Shown here piece by piece: positions 57,225 through 64,000 of a stretch of 64,000 nucleotides of DNA. The notes under the pieces are model-generated. The model was not told the origin of the DNA. It saw only the letters and a program-made list of their open reading frames with translations, and searched no databases. The stretch is from an uncultured virus (IMG/VR IMGVR_UViG_3300020404_001964) (Duplodnaviria; Heunggongvirae; Uroviricota; Caudoviricetes): positions 1 to 64,000 of the IMG/VR virus record IMGVR_UViG_3300020404_001964; one strand, 5' to 3'. The first letter of the stretch is position 1. Each line of letters begins with the position of its first letter. Position numbers and translations under genes: made by a program.

Positions 57225-60200
57225 TTATGAACCATATCCGTTAGAACTGTCAATAGCACTAGCCGGATCTCCTTCATTCAATTCTGTACTTGCTACTCCA
57301 CCTGTGAAAAAGTTCAATGCTAGTAATGAGCCTGAAAATCCACCATTTAAATTAGCAATTCTATCAATTTTGATTTCACCTGTTTCAGGAAATGCTTCAT
57401 TGAATATTTCTCTGTTTCTTACTTTAATTTGTCCTGCTCTAAATCCTGATACATTCAAGTTAGCACCACCACCTGAAACTCTTGAACCAATATAAGTTAC
57501 AATCGCTTTTTGTGTTGGTACAACATTATCTGAATTTGCCGCCATTGTTGGATCAGTTGAAAACTCTCTAATTACAACTTCTGTACCACCTAGTACAACA
57601 CCACCTAGTGCTAATTCTGATAAACCTTGTAGGTTGAATAAGTCTGCGTTTAGTGTTACAATACCAGTTGCCTGTTCAACTTCAAACAATTCTCCAACAC
57701 GGAAGTTACCATCTTGGTCAGTTGAAGTGTAGAATACTCTACCACCACCGTTGTTTGCTGTTTCTCTGGCAGGTTGTGCTTCATAGCCTTCTGTAAATCC
57801 TGCGTTTGTGTAAACTTGTGGATAATTTGTTGTTGTAAATCCACCTGTACCAATATCTAAGAAGTCGTGTCCAGTTAAACGTACTTGTGAGTACTGTTGT
57901 CTAATTGTCATTTCCTCTTCATGAGCCGGAGATTCATTTTCTTTTAGACTTGGTGATATTCTAAATTGTGCTGTTAAGTTAGGAGCAACACCTGAAACAT
58001 TTGTTATCTGTGTAACTCTATAAATTTGATCTCCAATACCATTGATGTATAACAAGTCACCTGGTCCTGGTTCTCTAGATAAATCTTTTATTTGTACAAC
58101 TTTACCAACTTGGAATTCATCTGCGAATCCATCACCGTCTACTGTTGCACTTACATTTATAAATCCTGTTCCTCTGTTTGTAAATGTAGGTTGTCCTAAT
58201 ACGCCATCTGCTATTCTTGGTTGTAAAGCAACATCTAATGTGTTCACATTGTCAGTAACTGTCACAGTAGGTGCAGTCGCATAACCTGAGCCTGGTTCTA
58301 AAATTTGTACTCTTGAAACTTTTCCAGCATTTGTAATTACTCTACATAAAGGTGGAGCACCTTTTTTCAACACAGTCGCATCTGACATTGTGCCTTGTTT
58401 CAACGGAACAAAATAACCACCGTTGTATCTGCCACCTATTATTCCAGTGTATGTGCCTGAAAGGTTTGTTAATTGTTTCCAACTTACAGCGTCATATGAA
58501 TATGCTACTTCACCATTTCCAGTTATAGCAACAAAAGTTCCTTGTGAACTTGTAACTTTTGTGTATGGTCCTGTATGTGGAGGTGTTTCTGATTCTGTCC
58601 AAACTGTAATAGCACTTGTAGAACTTTGTGCCGCATTCGCATTTGATACAAAGAATTTATTTGCTGATGTTGAATCATCAAATGGTGAGTCTTGTACTGA
58701 TGCTATAAATTTATCGCCTGTGAAAGTTAAGTGTTGTAATAGATATCTTTCACCGCCTATGTCTGCCGCTAGTTCCCATGTTGTACCACCGTCAACTGAT
58801 TCCCAAGTTTGTCCAAAGTCATTACCAATAATAATTAATCCATTACCAGCCGCCGCTTTTGTAAACACTGGTGTTGATCCATCGTATGGTTCAACTTGTT
58901 GTGAAGTCCATGTGTTTCCTTCATCTCCAGATATGTATACAACACCTGTTTCTGAAACTACAACCCATTGTTGTGAAACATTTTCCCAAACAACACTTCT
59001 GAATATATCAGCACCTATGTTACCTGATATGTCACTCCAGTTAGCACCATCTTGAGATCTTGCTAACGCACCTGTGTTAGATGTTGCCATAAAGTTGTTA
59101 GCGCCACCTTCGAAACTGTTCCAGTTTTGTGTTGGTACACCATTACAAACTGTCCAACTTGTTGAATCTACTGATCTTAAACCTCTACCATTTCCTAATA
59201 ACACAGTAACGTTTGTAGAAGAAACTCTTCTTGAAGCACCTAATAAGTATTCTCCATTTAATGGAATAGATGCTGTTGAGTTGCTGTAAGGTGGTTCACT
59301 AAAAGATATTCTTGGTTCAATAAAATATTTTGTTGACGGATCTAATTCCGTTTCAATAGCAAAGCCGCCTAAGAAATGTTGCCAACCTGGTGTGTTATCA
59401 AATTCTTTTTTGACTGTACAAACTTTTGTTACTTCGTTGAAAGAATCAATTATTCCGTATTGTCCTCTTCCTGTACCTTCCCAAATATAAATTCTTTGTC
59501 CAACTGTTTGTGCTGTTGTACCTTGGAATTGAGCATTTAGTTTGATTGATGTTGTGTCACCTGTGATTGCTGGTCCTGATTTACTAGTATAACCGGCACC
59601 ACCTGCTGGTGTTGAGTCACCTGGACCTAAAATTCTTACTTTGTTTACAGCACCATCTCTTGTATTTTCATAATTAATTGTTGCCGCCGCACCTTGACCT
59701 GAACCTGTTATAGTTATGTTAGCAGATGAATAATTTTGTCCTGCGTGATCATAAGCGAAAGCAAATATTTCGTTTTCATCATTATATACAGCATCTACTT
59801 GGGCTTCTTGTGTTCTGTTGTTGAATTTTGCTGTGATAGGTGTTTCTGTAGGTGTTACACCTTCAGCAACAGAACCAAAATCTCCATAAGAGTTGTTTCC
59901 GTTTGTTGCTCTCGCTTTACCACCGTCAGTAGCAAGATATCCTATGTGACAGTAGTAAGTGAACACAGATACAAGTTCTGCTTTACCTTCTCCATTTACC
60001 CAGAAACCAATACCGTTATCAATTACCTGTGTAAAGTCATTGGCAACAATTGATTTGTTACCACCGTTGTGTAAATCACCGTCTACTTTTAAACCTATAC
60101 ATCCTGTTCCAAACGTAGATACGTTTTGTACGTAACATGATTTAGTTGTAATCCAAGCCGCCGCATCTGATGGTCCTGAACCAGGATTTAATGTAACAAA

Positions 60201-62378
60201 AGCACCACCTGTTGGTCTTCTTGTTCCGTATTGATTAACTGGTCCTAATGTACCTGTTAGTCCACTTAAAGACATATTTCTAATACCAGTACCATTGTTA
60301 ACTCTAAACATATCGTAACCAGTTTCATAACCTGCCGCTGGTTTAACTTCTGTACTTCTTAATTCATCTCCTACAAGTGCAACATCTCTTGGCACAACGA
60401 TAGGAAGTATTTCTTGATATAATCCTGTTTTAATAAAAATAGTTGCTGGTGCTCTTGCGGCTAAATCGCCGTTGATGTAATCACAAGCATACTTGATTGT
60501 TTTGAATGGTGATGCTAATTGAGTACCTCTAGTGTCTGAGTCAACTCCGTCTGGTGATACATAATAAACTTTTGGTGTTACATCAAAATCTTCCCAGAAA
60601 GGAATATTATTAGAACCAACTTTTAAAAGTTGTCCTGATTGTCCAATTCCTATTCTTAATCTTGTTGAATCTTCGTTTTGTGTTTTAATATCTCCAGGAT
60701 ATTCCAATACGTTTGGAGTATGACCTTGTGCTAATAAAACCCAATAAGGACCAACATTTTCTGATTCAAAATCTAACGGTGGTTTAGCATCTGATGAATT
60801 TGCTTCATGTTTTAAAATACATTTATAAAGTGTACCTGCTACTGTAACAACATCTCCTGGGAAATAAGTTGATTCACCTGTTATGTTGTTTAAATCTGTT
60901 TCTGCCCAAGGACCTTTGAAAGCATAACCTTCAACAAGTAATTGCCATGGGAATGGACTGTCTGAACCTTCATCATACACACTTCTAGTTGATGGATCTA
61001 CATTCTCGTTATCTTTTACTGCTATGTATAAATCACCACCTGCTCTAACAACATCACCAGTTTTGTATGGATAGTTTTCTACAGCATTGTTAACAAGGTA
61101 AGTTGCTTGCCATTCACCTTTGAATGTGTATCCTACAACTTGTAATTCCCAAGTGTTTGTTGCGTCTGTAACTGCAGGTTGAACACCAATGTTACTTTGT
61201 AAAGCAACGTAAGTGTAACCTCCGTAAAGTACGACATCACCTTGTTGGTAGTATTGTGAAATACTCCATAGTTGTTCAAATTCTAAACCTGGTATCCATA
61301 GGCTGAAATTACCTTCAACCATTTGTGGATCTACTGCCCAGTGTCCTGTTGTAACTTGCCACATACCTGGAGACCATCTAACAAGTTCTCCTGCTGAATA
61401 TCTTTCTCCAACAGTGTAATCTCCTCTGTATCTAATTCCTGTGAACACAGTTTCCCATTGTCCGCTGTTTGCTTCTAAACCATCAGCGGCATCGTTAGCC
61501 GTTCCGTTTACAGAAAGTGTTGCGATAGCACCTGCGTTTACAGTGTCAATGACGATTGTAGCATCATTGGCTGGAGTTGCTCCACCTAGTTGTGTTCCTA
61601 AAACTGTAAATGTTTCTGAAGCAAGATAAGTGTTACCAGCATTTGTAACTTTTATGTTGTATGTTGCTCCAGTTTTATATATAAAATATTGGAAACCGTT
61701 TCCTGATGCACCGTTGTATGTTGTTGTTGGATTTACAAATTTATTTGATGGTGCAGATCTGTGTCCTGTTGTACATCTAAATACTGTTCCACCATAGTAA
61801 ACAATATCATCTGGATAATATAAAGTGTTTGATGTCCAATCACCTCTAAAGTTATCTGATCTTGAATATTGATCCCAGTAAGCCGCATTGAATTGTAATC
61901 CATCATCTGCTGAAGCAGACGTGTGTGCTGTGTTACATTTCCAAATTGAACCACCGTAAATTACAGTTTGGTCAACATTGTAAAGTGTGTTTGGTTGCCA
62001 AACAGATTGATAGTCTTCTCCACGAGCAAAGTAAACCCATTTTAATTCATCACCTAATACACCGTTGTTGGCATCCGCATTTGAAATATGTCCTTCGATA
62101 CATTTGTAAATTAAACCACCAACTTTTACTAGTTCACCAATTTTGTAAAAAGTAGAAGGTGCCCAATCGCCGGTCCAACTTTGACCGTCCATCATTTGTA
62201 CCCATCTTGGAATTGTGTTGTTTAAGTCGTTATAAAAGTTTGTATCAGAAGTGTGTACTTCAACACAAACAAAAACTTTCGCACCGTATCTTAATACGTC
62301 ATCTTTTACATAAAGAGTGTTGGCTGACCAATCACCTCTCCATCTAAATCTTATCCTATCTATTCGAAAATCTGCCAT
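57225..62378 (-). CDS. giant tail fibre/spike-like protein (1717 aa), paralog with an Asp-box propeller
   Basis: Same N-terminal repeats and C-terminal RLTGHDFLDIGTG / TSTDQDGNFRVG; Asp-boxes SQDGANW, SGDEGNTW and SVDGGTTW. Confidence 0.75.
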   Translation of the reverse strand: MADFRIDRIRFRWRGDWSANTLYVKDDVLRYGAKVFVCVEVHTSDTNFYNDLNNTIPRWVQMMDGQSWTGDWAPSTFYKIGELVKVGGLIYKCIEGHISNADANNGVLGDELKWVYFARGEDYQSVWQPNTLYNVDQTVIYGGSIWKCNTAHTSASADDGLQFNAAYWDQYSRSDNFRGDWTSNTLYYPDDIVYYGGTVFRCTTGHRSAPSNKFVNPTTTYNGASGNGFQYFIYKTGATYNIKVTNAGNTYLASETFTVLGTQLGGATPANDATIVIDTVNAGAIATLSVNGTANDAADGLEANSGQWETVFTGIRYRGDYTVGERYSAGELVRWSPGMWQVTTGHWAVDPQMVEGNFSLWIPGLEFEQLWSISQYYQQGDVVLYGGYTYVALQSNIGVQPAVTDATNTWELQVVGYTFKGEWQATYLVNNAVENYPYKTGDVVRAGGDLYIAVKDNENVDPSTRSVYDEGSDSPFPWQLLVEGYAFKGPWAETDLNNITGESTYFPGDVVTVAGTLYKCILKHEANSSDAKPPLDFESENVGPYWVLLAQGHTPNVLEYPGDIKTQNEDSTRLRIGIGQSGQLLKVGSNNIPFWEDFDVTPKVYYVSPDGVDSDTRGTQLASPFKTIKYACDYINGDLAARAPATIFIKTGLYQEILPIVVPRDVALVGDELRSTEVKPAAGYETGYDMFRVNNGTGIRNMSLSGLTGTLGPVNQYGTRRPTGGAFVTLNPGSGPSDAAAWITTKSCYVQNVSTFGTGCIGLKVDGDLHNGGNKSIVANDFTQVIDNGIGFWVNGEGKAELVSVFTYYCHIGYLATDGGKARATNGNNSYGDFGSVAEGVTPTETPITAKFNNRTQEAQVDAVYNDENEIFAFAYDHAGQNYSSANITITGSGQGAAATINYENTRDGAVNKVRILGPGDSTPAGGAGYTSKSGPAITGDTTSIKLNAQFQGTTAQTVGQRIYIWEGTGRGQYGIIDSFNEVTKVCTVKKEFDNTPGWQHFLGGFAIETELDPSTKYFIEPRISFSEPPYSNSTASIPLNGEYLLGASRRVSSTNVTVLLGNGRGLRSVDSTSWTVCNGVPTQNWNSFEGGANNFMATSNTGALARSQDGANWSDISGNIGADIFRSVVWENVSQQWVVVSETGVVYISGDEGNTWTSQQVEPYDGSTPVFTKAAAGNGLIIIGNDFGQTWESVDGGTTWELAADIGGERYLLQHLTFTGDKFIASVQDSPFDDSTSANKFFVSNANAAQSSTSAITVWTESETPPHTGPYTKVTSSQGTFVAITGNGEVAYSYDAVSWKQLTNLSGTYTGIIGGRYNGGYFVPLKQGTMSDATVLKKGAPPLCRVITNAGKVSRVQILEPGSGYATAPTVTVTDNVNTLDVALQPRIADGVLGQPTFTNRGTGFINVSATVDGDGFADEFQVGKVVQIKDLSREPGPGDLLYINGIGDQIYRVTQITNVSGVAPNLTAQFRISPSLKENESPAHEEEMTIRQQYSQVRLTGHDFLDIGTGGFTTTNYPQVYTNAGFTEGYEAQPARETANNGGGRVFYTSTDQDGNFRVGELFEVEQATGIVTLNADLFNLQGLSELALGGVVLGGTEVVIREFSTDPTMAANSDNVVPTQKAIVTYIGSRVSGGGANLNVSGFRAGQIKVRNREIFNEAFPETGEIKIDRIANLNGGFSGSLLALNFFTGGVASTELNEGDPASAIDSSNGYGS

Positions 62379-62405
62379 TGATTAATTCCTATATGTATTT
62401 ATTTC

Positions 62406-62780
62406 CTAACTACTATAAGGTTCCACATATCCTACATATGTGTGAGCCTCGTTAACTTTTAATACTAATTCTCCTTCTTTGTTCACGTAATAAAACAGGT
62501 TTCTTCCGTCCCATTTATACTGTTCGTATACTAAATTTGGATAAGTTTTTCTATGTTGTTGATCTCTGCCTTCAAAGAAATCTTCACCTCTACTCCAATT
62601 ATTGTAATTTTCATCAATATTTCCTGGTCTATTCAATTGTACACCATCTTCTAGTCTTAATAAATCTGATTTCACCATGTATAATTCGCCGGCATCTGTT
62701 CTACGCAAACCATAGAAATATCTATTGTTTGCCAGTGTTTTCTGTAATTCGTCTATGCCTACGCCAAATACTTGTGCCAT
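62406..62780 (-). CDS. hypothetical protein
   Basis: 124-aa ORF between structural genes. Confidence 0.65.
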   Translation of the reverse strand: MAQVFGVGIDELQKTLANNRYFYGLRRTDAGELYMVKSDLLRLEDGVQLNRPGNIDENYNNWSRGEDFFEGRDQQHRKTYPNLVYEQYKWDGRNLFYYVNKEGELVLKVNEAHTYVGYVEPYSS

Positions 62781-62783
62781 TTA

Positions 62784-64000
62784 TTAACTCACTATGTTGA
62801 TTGTGTTACCCATACCAGAATGAATTGTACATTGATAATACAATGTGCTTGGTGCATCCATTGGTACTGTGAATAATTGTGTTCCGTTTTTACTACCACT
62901 TACGCCTGATGTGTATGCTGAACCACCATTAGAAACTCTAATTTCAAATGGGTGACTAGCACCAGTGTTGTTCACAAACACATAAGTGTGTCCTCTCATC
63001 AAGTATAATACTGGATCATTTGTAGTAGTTGGAAATCCTGGACCACTAAATGTGTAGTCTGATGAACCATTTGAACTAATGCTCCATCTCATTGTTGGGC
63101 CGTTTTGTTTTACCCAACCTGAGCCATCATAGTACAACACATCACCTTGTGCTGGACTAGAAACTGTTACATCTGATAGATCGTTAAGAGCACTTGCTCC
63201 GCCACCTGCGTCAACAACAAATTCTAATGCTGTACCACCTGCGTTTACTTTAACAAATCTTCCACCTACACCTGTTAGTGTTGAAGGAGTGTCTGATAAA
63301 TCTGTGAACGCCGCTGGAATAGTTGGCTTGTTGTTCAAGTTGTTGTAGTTTAAGAAGTATGTACTATCTAAACCATCTAATGTTCCAGCATCAGCGGCTC
63401 CGCCACCTGCTGTTGAATCATCTCCAGGTACCCATTTTGTACCATTCCATTTTAAAACTTGTCCTGAACTTGGAGCAGATGTTGTTGTATCAACGTCTGA
63501 TAATTTGTCAATTGAAAATGCCGCAACAATTTCTAAACCATCGCTTGTGCCGTTCACTTGTAAAAAGCCACCTGCTAGTCCGCTGTATGATGCTGGAGTA
63601 TCTGTTAAGCCAAGGAAATTAGTTACACCTGAGCCACCGCCACCACCACCGCCGGCTTGTACATCACCTGGTTTCCAAGTTTGTGCACCTGAATCATAAA
63701 TTAATGCTTGTCCGTTCGTTGGTGTTGCTGTTAAGTCAACATCTGAAAACATTCCGATAGATTTATTCGCATCTGCTAGTTTTACCCAAGCACCTGCGTG
63801 AGCGTAGTAGGAGGCATTCTCACCGTGTACATGAGCAAACATTCCATGATACGTTCCTGCATCTGGTAATTCTGCTAGAGTGTTATATAAAAAAGTTATT
63901 TTGTTTGCACCTGTGGCAGTAATCAAATTATTATTGACAACTGTCAAAGTTGTGCCATTTCCAAGAGCCGTATACAACTCCTCGAAATTGTTATTCATTT
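62784..64000 (-). CDS. virion fibre/baseplate protein with C-terminal cupredoxin-like domain, 5' partial
   Basis: N.NF.ELY near the window edge suggests the start lies outside the window; LSDV and LTDTP repeats; HPF...YYQCTIHSGM. Confidence 0.7.
   Translation of the reverse strand, partial: MNNNFEELYTALGNGTTLTVVNNNLITATGANKITFLYNTLAELPDAGTYHGMFAHVHGENASYYAHAGAWVKLADANKSIGMFSDVDLTATPTNGQALIYDSGAQTWKPGDVQAGGGGGGGSGVTNFLGLTDTPASYSGLAGGFLQVNGTSDGLEIVAAFSIDKLSDVDTTTSAPSSGQVLKWNGTKWVPGDDSTAGGGAADAGTLDGLDSTYFLNYNNLNNKPTIPAAFTDLSDTPSTLTGVGGRFVKVNAGGTALEFVVDAGGGASALNDLSDVTVSSPAQGDVLYYDGSGWVKQNGPTMRWSISSNGSSDYTFSGPGFPTTTNDPVLYLMRGHTYVFVNNTGASHPFEIRVSNGGSAYTSGVSGSKNGTQLFTVPMDAPSTLYYQCTIHSGMGNTINIVS

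Noticed and set aside
472..63699. Many short ORFs in the track antisense to or nested in long genes (e.g. 16521..17072 +, 58423..59055 +, 39688..40224 +, 27725..28987 -)
   Set aside because: They are shadow frames of well-supported genes, with no motifs or initiation signals.
1..64000. CRISPR array, tRNA or rRNA genes
   Set aside because: Intergenic gaps are almost all under about 130 nt, and by eye they show no repeat-spacer or cloverleaf pattern; a covariance-model search was not run.

Overview
This window is an AT-rich, gene-dense segment of a large T4-like (probably jumbo) myophage genome, read in the standard code and mostly on the minus strand. From left to right it contains: (1) 1-7168, an operon of glycosyltransferases, methyltransferases and a GalE-like epimerase; (2) uvsY, uvsX and ssb (gp32); (3) head, packaging and tail genes: large and putative small terminase, gp4-like head completion, tail tube and sheath, dNMP kinase, and neck/terminator gp13, gp14 and gp15; (4) an ADP-heptose module (Nudix, hldE, gmhD, cupin); (5) about 31 kb of giant fibre-like virion proteins, interrupted by a GT9-carbamoyltransferase-GT9 cassette and three cysteine-rich paralogs. 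The most interesting signals are as follows. All three glycan clusters lie behind T4-type late-promoter motifs, which suggests a phage-encoded virion glycosylation system using a possibly carbamoylated heptose. A candidate -1 frameshift or slippage site at an A9 run would add an unannotated basic C-terminal domain. There is an unannotated metallothionein-like 42-aa ORF, an intact type-1 copper motif on a virion protein, and an apparently dead alpha/beta-hydrolase inserted into a copy of that copper domain. Many late genes look leaderless. All product calls come from motif recognition by eye; no searches were run. I saw no tRNA, rRNA, CRISPR array, integrase or intein.
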